From Anaerolineaceae bacterium (GTDB taxonomy: Bacteria; Chloroflexota; Anaerolineae; Anaerolineales; UBA11657): a stretch of 64,000 nt of DNA. Of the stretch, positions 8,148 through 16,909 are shown piece after piece (positions within the stretch are counted from its first letter, which is position 1; each line of letters starts with the position of its first letter). Under the pieces are notes generated by a model, which did no database searches, was not told the origin of the DNA, and was given only the letters and a program-made list of their open reading frames with translations. A program made the position numbers and the translations under genes. The DNA is taken from the NCBI GenBank assembly GCA_003569365.1, contig BGOS01000009.1, positions 6,580 to 70,579 on the forward strand, given 5' to 3'.

Positions 8148-10292
8148 TCATGCGGTTGGCACCGGCTGGTTTTTGTGGTGGGCGCGTGGCGCGCCAAGGT
8201 TTTCAATGTCAAGAATTAAAGCCACCAGTCCGTCTCCCAGAATGGCTGCGCCGGACATGCTGGCCTGGCCTTTGAAGGCGGACCCCAAAGACTTGATAAC
8301 CACCTCTTGTTTTCCGATCAGCCGGTCCACCAGCAAGCCGCGCGGCTGGGATTCAGACTGGGTGACCACAATAATTCCGTCGCAGGGGTCTTTGGCCGTG
8401 GACTCAATGCCAAGCTGGTCGCCCAGCCGCACCAGCGGAATCAGTTTGCCGCGCACGCTCACCACCTCGCCGCGGCCCTGGGAGGTGGCAACCACACCGG
8501 GCAGCGGGCGGAAGGATTCGCGAATGGAAAGGCTGGGGATGATGAAGCGTTCGGTGCCAATGCCAATCAGCATGCCATCAATGATGGCCATGGTGAGCGG
8601 CAGCCGGATAGTCACAACCGAGCCCTGGCCCAGAGTGGATTGCACCTCAACCCGGCCGCGCAAACGGGAAATGCTGGCGCGGACTACATCCATGCCCACA
8701 CCGCGGCCGGAGATGTCTGTAATATTGTCCACGGTCGAGAAGCCGGGCAGGAAGATGAGGTCGAAGATTTCTTTTTCTGTGGGTGTGGCGTCGGCATCAA
8801 TCAGCCCGCGTTGAATGGCCTTGGCCAGAATGCGGTTCTGGTCCAGGCCTTTGCCGTCGTCGCTGATGGTGATCACAATCCCGCCGCCGGAGTGCATGGC
8901 ATGCAGGCGCACAGTGCCAAGCGCCGGCTTGCCCTGCGCCACGCGGACTTCGGGCATTTCGATGCCGTGGTCTACAGAGTTGCGCACCATGTGCACCAGC
9001 GGGTCGCCCAACTCCTCCACAATGTTGCGGTCAATTTCAGTTTCTTCGCCAGACAGCAGCAGCTGCACCTGCTTGCCCTGGGTCGCGGACAGGTCGCGCA
9101 CCAGCCGGTTCATTTTTTGAAAGGCACCGCGGATCTCCACCATGCGCAAAGACATGGCATTGCGCTGCAGGTCGGTGGTGATGCCATGCAGCTGGCGCAT
9201 GAAGCGCGCCAGATTGCGGTCGTTCAAAGTTTGCACCTGCGGGTGCTGCAGCACCATGGACTGGGCAATCACAAGCTCGCCCACCAGATCCACCAGCACA
9301 TCCAGCTTTTGCGTGTCCAGTTTTACAAAGCTGGCAAGGCGCTCGTTGCTGCTGCCGGGGCTGGGTTTGGTGGCGGTGGTTTTTGAGGTAACTGGCGCCG
9401 ACTTGGCTGGCGGCGGCGCAACGGCGGCGACCCGCGGCGCAACGGCAGCGACCGGCGGCGCAACGGCAGCAACCGGCGGCGCAACGGCAGCAACCGGCGG
9501 CGCAACGGCAGCGACCGGCGGCGGATTGGCTGCAGGCGCGGGGCTTTCACCCGCGAGGCGCGCTTTCACGCGCGCAATCAAGTCGCTGGTGGGCACCGTG
9601 ATGGCTTCGCCTTTCAAAGCGCCGCCCAGGCGCTTGCCAATCTCACTCAGGAATTGCTGCAGCGCATCGCGCCCGGCCAGGATCAACTCTGTGATGTAGG
9701 TGTCAATCGTCAGGTCGCCGCGGCGCGCGGCATCCAGCAAGGATTCAAGCTCATGCGCCAAATTCTTGATTGGCTCGAGGCCGAGGAAGCCCGCACCGCC
9801 CTTGAAGGTGTGAAAAGCACGAAAGACCACGTTCAGCGTGTCTGCGCTGGCGGGATTTTCTTCCAGCACCAAAACACCCTGCTCAATGTCCTGCAGCAAG
9901 TCTTTGCCTTCATTACAGAACTCGTTGAGGAGCTCGGTATCGTCACCCAGCTCCAGAGTCATGGTTGGCTCTGGCGCATCCGGTTGGGTGTCCGGCGCAG
10001 CCAGCCAGTCCTGGCAGGCTTTGTCCAGGCGTTCGTACCATTTTTGCAGCACCTGTCCCGCATCAGCTGCAAGCACGCCGCCCGCAGCAGCCACAGCCTC
10101 GGCAAATTGGGCGGCAGTGGCAATCTCTGTGGCAACTGCGGGCGGCAGCGGAGAGCCAACAAGTTTTTCCAACTCCGCCAAAACTTCGGCAATTGCGGCA
10201 AGGCTGGCTGCGCTGCCCGTTTCCACAAACGCCAGCTCAGTCGCAATCTGCTGCAGTAAATCGCCGGTCTCTTCGGTGTGTATCTTCTTCAT
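8148..10292 (-). CDS. cheA: chemotaxis histidine kinase CheA (P1-linker-P3-P4-P5; no recognisable P2)
   Basis: 714 aa. A ~115-aa helical N-terminal extension, then Hpt (FRAFHTFKGGAGFLGL). An Ala/Pro/Val repeat linker follows. Then dimerisation domain (KLDVLVDLVGELVI), HATPase (VHMVRNSVDHGIE, DDGKGLD, SGRGVGMDVV) and a C-terminal CheW-like domain. Confidence 0.92.
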   Translation of the reverse strand: MKKIHTEETGDLLQQIATELAFVETGSAASLAAIAEVLAELEKLVGSPLPPAVATEIATAAQFAEAVAAAGGVLAADAGQVLQKWYERLDKACQDWLAAPDTQPDAPEPTMTLELGDDTELLNEFCNEGKDLLQDIEQGVLVLEENPASADTLNVVFRAFHTFKGGAGFLGLEPIKNLAHELESLLDAARRGDLTIDTYITELILAGRDALQQFLSEIGKRLGGALKGEAITVPTSDLIARVKARLAGESPAPAANPPPVAAVAPPVAAVAPPVAAVAPPVAAVAPRVAAVAPPPAKSAPVTSKTTATKPSPGSSNERLASFVKLDTQKLDVLVDLVGELVIAQSMVLQHPQVQTLNDRNLARFMRQLHGITTDLQRNAMSLRMVEIRGAFQKMNRLVRDLSATQGKQVQLLLSGEETEIDRNIVEELGDPLVHMVRNSVDHGIEMPEVRVAQGKPALGTVRLHAMHSGGGIVITISDDGKGLDQNRILAKAIQRGLIDADATPTEKEIFDLIFLPGFSTVDNITDISGRGVGMDVVRASISRLRGRVEVQSTLGQGSVVTIRLPLTMAIIDGMLIGIGTERFIIPSLSIRESFRPLPGVVATSQGRGEVVSVRGKLIPLVRLGDQLGIESTAKDPCDGIIVVTQSESQPRGLLVDRLIGKQEVVIKSLGSAFKGQASMSGAAILGDGLVALILDIENLGAPRAHHKNQPVPTA
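9411..9522. repeat. 21-bp tandem repeat, about 5 copies, inside cheA
   Basis: The string gcgcaacgg recurs at 9416, 9437, 9458, 9479 and 9500, an exact 21-nt period. On the coding strand this gives (APPVAAV)x5 in the CheA P1-P3 linker. Confidence 0.9.
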
Positions 10293-10614
10293 GGGATAGC
10301 GGCTTATTGTAGGCGCGGGCCATTATACGGCATTATGCCAGCGCTGCGCCAGCGCCCTGCACAAAAACGGCGCTAAAGACCGCATCCAATTTAGATATCC
10401 GGCGGCGCACAAAATTGAATGCCTGCCTGCGGCGGGCACGCTGGCGTGATTTTTCGCCCTTGACGAACCAACTACTCCCGCTGAAACTTTGAACTGCGCT
10501 GCCAGCCAGTTTGGTGACAACCATTGCGGCTGCAGCTTAGCCCCGCCCCGGAAAGCCACCCGCGCAACTGCTGCTTGCCATTGCCCGCGCGCATTGTATT
10601 GTAATGAAGGTTGT

Positions 10615-11791
10615 GTGAAAGCAACTCATGTCCCGCCAGTGTCCGCCGCGCGGGGGATTAGCCACGCCTACTTCTTTTTGATCGGGCTGGTGGGCGTCGG
10701 GCTGTTGCCGGCGCTCATCAGAAGCTTTGAGCTCAACTTTAGTTTGTCGCACACGCGCATGGGGGCCATTCTCAGCGCCAGCTCACTGGTGATGGCCAGC
10801 GGCTCGGTGCTCTCGGGTATTTGGTATGACCGCAGCGGCCCGCGCTGGGTGCTGGGCGCAGCGCTGGCAGTCACGGCTGCGGGTGCGCTCATGGTTTGGG
10901 GCGCTGCCAGCGCGGCAGCATTCGCAGCGGCTTTGATGCTCTTTCATTTCGGGCATGGGTTGGGGGTGCCGGTTAATTCTGTTAATCAGCGAGCTGTACG
11001 GCAGCGAGCGCGCGCGTGGGTTGATTTTGATGCATGGCTTTCAAGCACTGGGGCGGCTGGGTGCGCCGGCGTTGGTGGCGGCTTGCTTTGCACTCAGTGC
11101 CGGCTGGCGCAGTGCGTTTCTGTTGTCTGCGGTTTTGTTTGGCGGCTGGGCAGCGCTGTTCATTTTCAGCCTGCAAAATTTTTCGGTGCATGCGCAGCGC
11201 AGCGCTGCGGGCGGCGGCGTGCGCGCTGTGCTGCATTATCTGGCTGATGTGCGCCTGCAGACGGGGCTGCTGGGGTTTGTGGCCGCCAGCGGCGTGGAGG
11301 GTGTTTTGATTACCTGGCTGCCCACATACCTGCAAACCGAAGGCGCTGCTTCCCAGGCGGGCGCGTTGTTGGCGCTTTCGGCAATGCTGATTGGCTACAC
11401 CATCATCCGGCTGCTGCTGGGCAGCGGCCGCTTGACAGCAACCGCGCGCTTTATTGGCGCAAGTGTGGCCGCATACCTGGCCGGCTTGGCGCTGGTGCTT
11501 AGCCTGCCCGCGCAGTTGTATGTGCTGTACCCGGCGTGTGTGTTGTTGGGGGCGGCGGTCGGCTCCTTCTGGCCGGCGCTGGCCACGCGCTTGTATGACT
11601 GCTTCCCCGACGCGCAAGGCATTATTGGCGGCTTGATTGTGAGTGCCTCGGTGCTCGGCGGCGCCACCAACGTCACGCTGGTGGGCTGGATCGGAGATGC
11701 ATTCTCGTTGCAGCAGGCGCTGCTGATCACGCCGGTTTTTGCGGTTGCTTATTGGTGGCTGTACCGCAGCGTGGCGCTGCGCATGGCCTGA
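10615..11791 (+). pseudogene. MFS transporter with an apparent single-base frameshift (pseudogene or assembly error)
   Basis: Two overlapping + ORFs in frames 1 and 2 (10489..11247 and 10955..11791) join into one MFS-like protein: ...ALMLFHFGHGLGVPVNS / LISELYGSERARGLILMHGFQALGRLGAP.... The frame switch lies between ~10962 (a G5 run) and ~10982 (gttaat..gttaat). The likely start is GTG 10615, preceded by GAAGG. Confidence 0.6.
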
Positions 11792-11848
11792 GGCGCTGCG
11801 CGGCAGCCTGGCTGCAGCGGGCGGCGGCGGGCTGCCGCGCCTGCCGGC

Positions 11849-12646
11849 TTAAAGCGCGAGCGCTTGCAGCAGCGCCGGCAGCTGCGCGGGCTGCGACCAC
11901 ACCACCGAATCCAGCTGCACCGCAGCGGCTCCGGCTGCCAGCATTGCCTGCGCCTGCTCCGCGCTGTGCACACCGCCGCCGGCCAACAGTGGCAAATCTG
12001 CAATTGCGCGCACGGCCTGCAGGTTGTGCAGCGCGCCCGGGAATACACCGTGGCCGTATAGCCGGCCGCTCACCGGGCCGGGCAGCGTGCCGCGCGGCGG
12101 CGCACTCACGCTCAACCCGTGCGCACCCGCGCGCGCTGCAATTAGCGCGCACTCCGCTGCGCGTTCAAAGGGCAGCGCTGCCAATACGGGCAGCAAGCCC
12201 ATGCAAGCAGTGCGCACCAGCTCGCTGATGGTGTGCGCATGCTCGTCTGCCCGGAAGCCCAGCTCCACCGCTGCCACATTTTCCAGCTGCTCCAGCAGCG
12301 CCAGGCATTGGGTTACTTCCGCGCCGCTATCCAGCGCCAGATGCACAATTACGGGGCAGGGCATGCGCGCCCATTTGGCGGCGCAGGTTTTCACGGCGGC
12401 GCGCAGGCCGGGGTTGGGCAGGCCGGTGTGCAGCAGCACGCCGCCGGGAAAGGCCAGTGCTGTGCGCGCGGCTGCCGGCTGGCGCGCCGCGTATGTTAGC
12501 GGGTTGGTAATGAAGGCGCCCAGCTGCGCAAAATCCAGTACGCCGGCGTACTCATCCGCAAAGCCCCAGCAGCCGGAGGCAGCCACGGCGCGGCTGCGCA
12601 GCGCCAGGCCGGTCTTGTGGTTGGGTGCCAGCTCCAGCAGTGCCAT
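11849..12646 (-). CDS. dihydroorotate dehydrogenase (class 1B catalytic subunit)-like protein lacking the canonical active-site loop
   Basis: Real start is ATG 12646 (MALLELAPNHKTGLALRSRAVAASGCWGF...). The upstream part of ORF 11849..13057 is R/C/W-rich junk. PyrD-like motifs: TGLPNPGL, and the C-terminal FMN-binding LLAGGGVHSAEQAQAMLAAGAAAVQLDS. It has VELGFRADEHAHT where class 1/2 DHODs carry N-I-S-(C/S)-P-N. Confidence 0.75.
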   Translation of the reverse strand: MALLELAPNHKTGLALRSRAVAASGCWGFADEYAGVLDFAQLGAFITNPLTYAARQPAAARTALAFPGGVLLHTGLPNPGLRAAVKTCAAKWARMPCPVIVHLALDSGAEVTQCLALLEQLENVAAVELGFRADEHAHTISELVRTACMGLLPVLAALPFERAAECALIAARAGAHGLSVSAPPRGTLPGPVSGRLYGHGVFPGALHNLQAVRAIADLPLLAGGGVHSAEQAQAMLAAGAAAVQLDSVVWSQPAQLPALLQALAL

Positions 12647-12671
12647 AACAATTTTGGTGCGGGCTGCGCGC

Positions 12672-13370
12672 TCAGGGCTGCGCCTGCAGCTCAGCCAGCG
12701 GCCACAGCAACCCGGCGGTGCACGCCAGCTTCCAGCCGGCGCGCGTGCGGATGGTGCATGCCTGGCAGGCGCCCACACCGCACGGCAGGCAAAGGTGCAG
12801 CAGCACATGCGCGTTGGGTATTTGCGCCAGCAGCGCTGCCAGCTCCGGCGCGGGCTGCGGTTCCACATGCGCAATGGCCAATGCCGGCCAGGCGCTGTGC
12901 TCGCGCACCAGTGCGGGCAGGTGCCCGATGCGCACCTCAATGCGCGCATCAAGGGATTCAACCGGGTACGGGCGCGCCAGCAGCAGCAAGGCAGCCCCGC
13001 CGGCAGCCAGCGTGGCGGCTGCAAACGGCAGCAAGCGTGCCGGCTGCGTGTTGGCAATCAGCAATATATTTCCCTTGGCAGCGGGCAGCGCTGCGGGCCG
13101 GCCCACCGGCCCCAGCAGCTCCAGGCTGCTGCCGGGTTGCAGCCAATCGCGCCCGGCTTCGCCCGGTGCCAGCTCAATGGCCCACAGCTCGTGATCAAAC
13201 GCCACCGGAAACAACACGCTGCGCAGATACGGTTCGGCGCCCGTGCCCAGGCGCGCCAGCATGCACTGGCCGGGCTGCGGCCGCACGCTGCTGCGCAGCC
13301 AGGCGCGCACGCGGCCGTGGCCCAGCAGCTCCAGCCGCACGCACTGCGCTGCAATTGCCTGCACTGGCAT
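12672..13370 (-). CDS. PyrK-like (DHOD electron-transfer subunit-like) iron-sulfur protein, divergent
   Basis: Real start is ATG 13370 (MPVQAIAAQCVRLELLGHG...). It ends 25 nt before the PyrD-like start. The C-terminal 2Fe-2S-type Cys cluster is present (HLCLPCGVGACQACTIRTRAGWKLAC). The usual RxxS FAD motif and the GGGxG NAD motif are not recognisable (LRSVLFPVA; ILLIANTQPARLLP). Confidence 0.7.
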   Translation of the reverse strand: MPVQAIAAQCVRLELLGHGRVRAWLRSSVRPQPGQCMLARLGTGAEPYLRSVLFPVAFDHELWAIELAPGEAGRDWLQPGSSLELLGPVGRPAALPAAKGNILLIANTQPARLLPFAAATLAAGGAALLLLARPYPVESLDARIEVRIGHLPALVREHSAWPALAIAHVEPQPAPELAALLAQIPNAHVLLHLCLPCGVGACQACTIRTRAGWKLACTAGLLWPLAELQAQP

Positions 13371-13384
13371 GCGCGCAATATAGC

Positions 13385-14467
13385 ATGGCGCTGTGCTATA
13401 TTGCCGCGATGGATGTGCGGCCTTTGCTGCGCTGGTACTCGCGCAACGCGCGCGCGCTGCCGTGGCGCCGCACGCGCAACCCCTACCGCATCTGGGTGAG
13501 CGAAGTGATGCTGCAGCAGACGCGCGTGGAGACGGTGAAGCCCTATTACGCGCGCTGGCTGCGCGCCTTCCCCACGCTGCAGGCGCTGGCGCACGCGCGC
13601 AGTGCGGATGTGCTGCGCGTGTGGGAGGGCCTCGGCTATTACGCGCGCGCCCACAACCTGCAGCGCGCAGCGCGCGTGGTGCTGCGCAGCCATGCCGGGC
13701 GCGTGCCGGCTGACCCGGCGCTGCTGCGGCGCCTGCCCGGCGTTGGCGCATACACGGCAGCCGCCATTGCCTCGATTGCATTTGATGTGGATGCCGCAGT
13801 GCTGGACGGCAATGTGCAGCGGGTGCTGGCGCGCCTGCACGGCGTGCGCCAGCCGGTAGAACTGCCGCGCACGCAGCGCCGGCTGCAGCAGCTGGCCGCG
13901 CAGCAACTGCCGCCCGGCAAAGCCGCGCAGTACAACCAGGCCATGATGGAACTGGGCGCGCTGGTGTGCCTGCCGCGCAACCCGCGCTGCAGCGCCTGCC
14001 CGCTGCGCTTGCAATGCAGCGCGCAGCGCAGCGGGCTGCAGGCGCTGCTGCCGGTGCGCCGCGCCAAGCCGCGCGTGCCGCACTACGATGTGACCGCCGG
14101 CATCATCCGGCGCGCCGGGCGTGTGCTGCTGGCGCAACGCCCGGCCGGCAAACTGCTGGGCGGGCTGTGGGAGTTTCCCGGCGGCAAGCGCGAGCCCGGC
14201 GAAGACCTGCCCGCCTGCCTGCAGCGCGAACTGCGCGAAGAGCTGGGCCTGCGTGTGCGCGTGGGTGCGCAAGTGCAGCAGCTGCGGCATGCCTTCACGC
14301 ATTTTAAAATCACCCTGCACGCATTTGAGTGCGCGGCCGGGCGCGCGCAGCCGCGCGCACTGCAAGCCGCAGCGCTGCGCTGGGTTTTTCCGGCTGCACT
14401 GGCGCAATATCCCATGGGCAAAGTGGACCGCCAGATTGCCATCTGGCTGGTATCCGGGATTGAATGA
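13385..14467 (+). CDS. mutY: A/G-specific adenine DNA glycosylase
   Basis: Second half of ORF 12617..14467. Motifs: LPWRRTRNPYRIWVSEVMLQQTRVETV, GLGYYARAHNL, LPGVGAYTAAAI. FeS cluster loop CLPRNPRCSACPLRLQC. C-terminal NUDIX-like domain (GLWEFPGGKREPGE). The start is ATG 13385 or ATG 13409. Confidence 0.9.
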   Translation: MALCYIAAMDVRPLLRWYSRNARALPWRRTRNPYRIWVSEVMLQQTRVETVKPYYARWLRAFPTLQALAHARSADVLRVWEGLGYYARAHNLQRAARVVLRSHAGRVPADPALLRRLPGVGAYTAAAIASIAFDVDAAVLDGNVQRVLARLHGVRQPVELPRTQRRLQQLAAQQLPPGKAAQYNQAMMELGALVCLPRNPRCSACPLRLQCSAQRSGLQALLPVRRAKPRVPHYDVTAGIIRRAGRVLLAQRPAGKLLGGLWEFPGGKREPGEDLPACLQRELREELGLRVRVGAQVQQLRHAFTHFKITLHAFECAAGRAQPRALQAAALRWVFPAALAQYPMGKVDRQIAIWLVSGIE

Positions 14468-14682
14468 GCAACCGCCCGCCGCTTTCTGCAGATGCGCGCC
14501 GCATGCTGGCGCAGGCCGGCTTATGCGCCAGCTGCCAGCACGTGCAGCTGGTGGAGAGCGCGCGCGGCAGCCTGTTTATGCTATGCGGCCTCGCCAAGGC
14601 GGACGGGCGCTTCGAAAAGTATCCGCGCCTGCCGGTGCTGCACTGCACCGGCCATGCGCCGAGCGCAGCGGATGGCGCTTAG
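14464..14682 (+). CDS. small Cys-containing protein of unknown function (72 aa)
   Basis: Its ATG overlaps the mutY TGA (ATGA at 14464-14467). Composition is normal. It has a CxxC plus two more Cys/His positions: LCASCQHVQLVESARGSLFMLCGLAKADGRFEKYPRLPVLHCTGH. Confidence 0.55.
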   Translation: MSNRPPLSADARRMLAQAGLCASCQHVQLVESARGSLFMLCGLAKADGRFEKYPRLPVLHCTGHAPSAADGA

Positions 14683-15190
14683 GCGCCTGTACGCATTCGA
14701 GCAGGCTGCCGCAGCAGAAGTGTTTGGCAGCCGGCTGGATTGCAGGCGCGTGCGCGTGTGGGAGCAGACGCCGTGGCCCAACTGGCTGGACACTGCCGGC
14801 CGTTGGCTGCTGCGGCGCCCGCCGCGCGCGCCCGGCGTGCACAACGCTGTGGCACTTGGCAACTGGTGCTGCTTCCCCGTGCAGCTGCCAGCAGCCAGCG
14901 AGCCGCTGGCGCTGGGCTGGCTGATCCATGAGCTGGCGCATGCGTGGCAGTTTCAGCAGCTGGGCTGGCGCTACCTGTGGCTGGCGCTGCGCGCGCAGCA
15001 GCAGGCTGGCGAGCGCGTCTATGATTACGGCGGCGCAGAGAACTTGCTGCGCTGCCGCGCGCAAGGCGCCACGCTGCAGCACTTTAATGTGGAGCAGCAG
15101 GCTGCCATCCTGCAGCATTATTACCAGCTGCGCTGCACTGCGCAGGACACCGCAGCGTATGCGCCCTTTGCGCGCGATGTGCGCGGCTAG
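14672..15190 (+). CDS. HExxH-motif protein (DUF4157-like putative zinc metallopeptidase fold)
   Basis: C-terminal 172 aa of ORF 14492..15190. The upstream part is junk in the frame overlapping the 72-aa gene. Motif LGWLIHELAHAWQFQQLGWRYL. The start is ATG 14672 or 14654, and both overlap the end of the preceding gene. Confidence 0.6.
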   Translation: MALRRLYAFEQAAAAEVFGSRLDCRRVRVWEQTPWPNWLDTAGRWLLRRPPRAPGVHNAVALGNWCCFPVQLPAASEPLALGWLIHELAHAWQFQQLGWRYLWLALRAQQQAGERVYDYGGAENLLRCRAQGATLQHFNVEQQAAILQHYYQLRCTAQDTAAYAPFARDVRG

Positions 15191-15322
15191 CACCCGCCCG
15201 CCTTCGGGCATTTGTCTCTGTGGGCTGCGCAGCGCGGGCATGCGCTGCAAAACATTCAGCAAACGCAGCCGGCCGCGGGCTACGCTGCAAATTTTGTAAG
15301 CTGCAATAAACCGGAGGCTGAC

Positions 15323-16816
15323 ATGTTCGCAGAAGCTGCGCCGCGCATCAATGACAAACGCGAAATTTTCGGCTGGGCCATGTATGACTGGGCCATCAGC
15401 GCCTTCAGCACCACGGTGGGCACCGTGTTCCTTGGCCCGTACCTGGCAGCGCTGGCGCGCACCGCTGCCGATGCCAGCGGCATGGTGTATGTGCTGGGCG
15501 TGCCCATCGCACCCGGATCTTTTTTGCCGTATTGCATTTCAATCTCGGTGGGCATGCAGGCCATGTTCCTGCCGATGCTGGGCGCGGTGGCGGATTATTC
15601 CAACCAGCGCAAAAAGATGCTGATGTTTTTTGCGGTGCTGGGCGGCGTGGCCACCACGCTGCTCTTTTTTGTGCAGGGCAATCTTTGGTGGCTGGGCGGC
15701 CTGCTGTATGTGATTGCAAATCTTTGTTACGGTGCTGCAATTGTTTTTTATAACGCATACCTGCCGGAGATCGCCAGCCCGGACCAGCGTGACCGCGTGT
15801 CTTCCTACGGCTGGGGCATTGGCTATCTTGGCGGCGGCCTGCTGCTGCTGCTCAACCTGATCCTGTACACCTTCAGCGACCGGATTTTGGGCCCGGACTC
15901 GGGCGGGCTGGCGGTGCGCATCAACCTGGGTTCGGCCGGCATCTGGTGGCTGGGCTGGCAGCTGATTACTTTCTCGCGCCTCGGTGAGCGCCATGCCACG
16001 CGCGAGCTGCCCCCCGGCGAAAACTTCCTGACGATTGGCTACATGCAGCTGGGGCGCCTGATGCAGGTGCCAACCTGGCAGGTGGCGCTGCTCTCGCTGC
16101 TGCCGCTGGCCACGCCTGCGCTGGTGCTGCTGGGGCTGCCCATCTGGCTGGCAGTGCTGCCCATTCTGGGCCCGCTGGGTGTGCTGATTATATTTTTGGT
16201 GCGCAAGTATCCGGTGATGCCGCAGACGGTGAAGTATCTGGTGGCCTACTTGTTCTTCAATGACGGCGTGCAGACGGTGATTGGCGTGGCGGCCATCTTT
16301 GGCGCGGAAGAGCTGCACCTTGAGCAGGGCACGCTCATCCAGGTGATTTTGATGGTGCAGTTTGTGGCCTTTGGCGGCGCGCTGCTCTTTGGCCGGCTGG
16401 CGGGCTGGTTTGGCACGCAGCGCGCGCTGATTGGCAGCCTTGTGGTGTGGGCGGCCGTGAGCATCTATGCGTACCAGTTCCTCACCGATGCATTCCAGTT
16501 CTGGCTGCTGGGCGCGGTGATTGCGCTGGTACTGGGCGGCAGCCAGGCGCTCAGCCGCAGCCTCTTTGCACAAATGATTCCGCCCACGCAGGAAGCCGAG
16601 TTCTACGGCTTCTATGAAATCAGCGAGCGCGGCACATCATGGTGGGGCACGCTGCTGTTCGGGCTGGTGAACCAAATCTACGGCAGCATGCGCCTCGCAA
16701 TCCTTTCCACAATTGTGTTTTTCATTGTGGGGTTGATACTTCTGCCGTTTGTGAATGTGGAAGCGGCGATTGCGGATGCCAAGAAAAGTGCCAAGCCGCA
16801 CGCAGCGGAGGCTTAA
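15323..16816 (+). CDS. MFS transporter, UMF1/Atg22-like family
   Basis: ATG 15323 is preceded by GGAGG (15313-15317). N-terminus KREIFGWAMYDWAISAFSTTVGTVFLGPY is typical of the family, with ~12 TM segments. Confidence 0.85.
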   Translation: MFAEAAPRINDKREIFGWAMYDWAISAFSTTVGTVFLGPYLAALARTAADASGMVYVLGVPIAPGSFLPYCISISVGMQAMFLPMLGAVADYSNQRKKMLMFFAVLGGVATTLLFFVQGNLWWLGGLLYVIANLCYGAAIVFYNAYLPEIASPDQRDRVSSYGWGIGYLGGGLLLLLNLILYTFSDRILGPDSGGLAVRINLGSAGIWWLGWQLITFSRLGERHATRELPPGENFLTIGYMQLGRLMQVPTWQVALLSLLPLATPALVLLGLPIWLAVLPILGPLGVLIIFLVRKYPVMPQTVKYLVAYLFFNDGVQTVIGVAAIFGAEELHLEQGTLIQVILMVQFVAFGGALLFGRLAGWFGTQRALIGSLVVWAAVSIYAYQFLTDAFQFWLLGAVIALVLGGSQALSRSLFAQMIPPTQEAEFYGFYEISERGTSWWGTLLFGLVNQIYGSMRLAILSTIVFFIVGLILLPFVNVEAAIADAKKSAKPHAAEA

Positions 16817-16909
16817 GCCGCAGCGTGCCGGCAGCTGCCGGGCAGCGGGCTGGGGCCGCCGCCGCGCGCTGCCTTGCCGGCAATTTCAAATCTGGCAGCG
16901 CTGTGATAT

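Noticed and set aside
9411-9522. Regular 21-bp repeats as a possible CRISPR-like array
   Set aside because: The repeats are contiguous with no spacers, in frame inside cheA, and encode a peptide repeat. They are not a CRISPR array.
8307-10299. Several 150-360-aa + strand ORFs inside cheA (8307..9386, 9142..9699, 9654..10259, 9838..10299)
   Set aside because: They are antisense to a complete CheA with all kinase motifs. Their compositions are H/Q/A/G-rich with no domain signatures.
12024-14407. Long ORFs 12024..13499 (+), the 5' part of 12617..14467 (+), 13058..14407 (-), and the N-terminal extensions of 11849..13057 and 12672..13781 (-)
   Set aside because: The translations are R/A/C/W/Q-rich junk. 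They overlap the PyrD-like, PyrK-like and mutY frames, which carry real motifs. The genuine genes start at internal ATGs (12646, 13370, 13385/13409).
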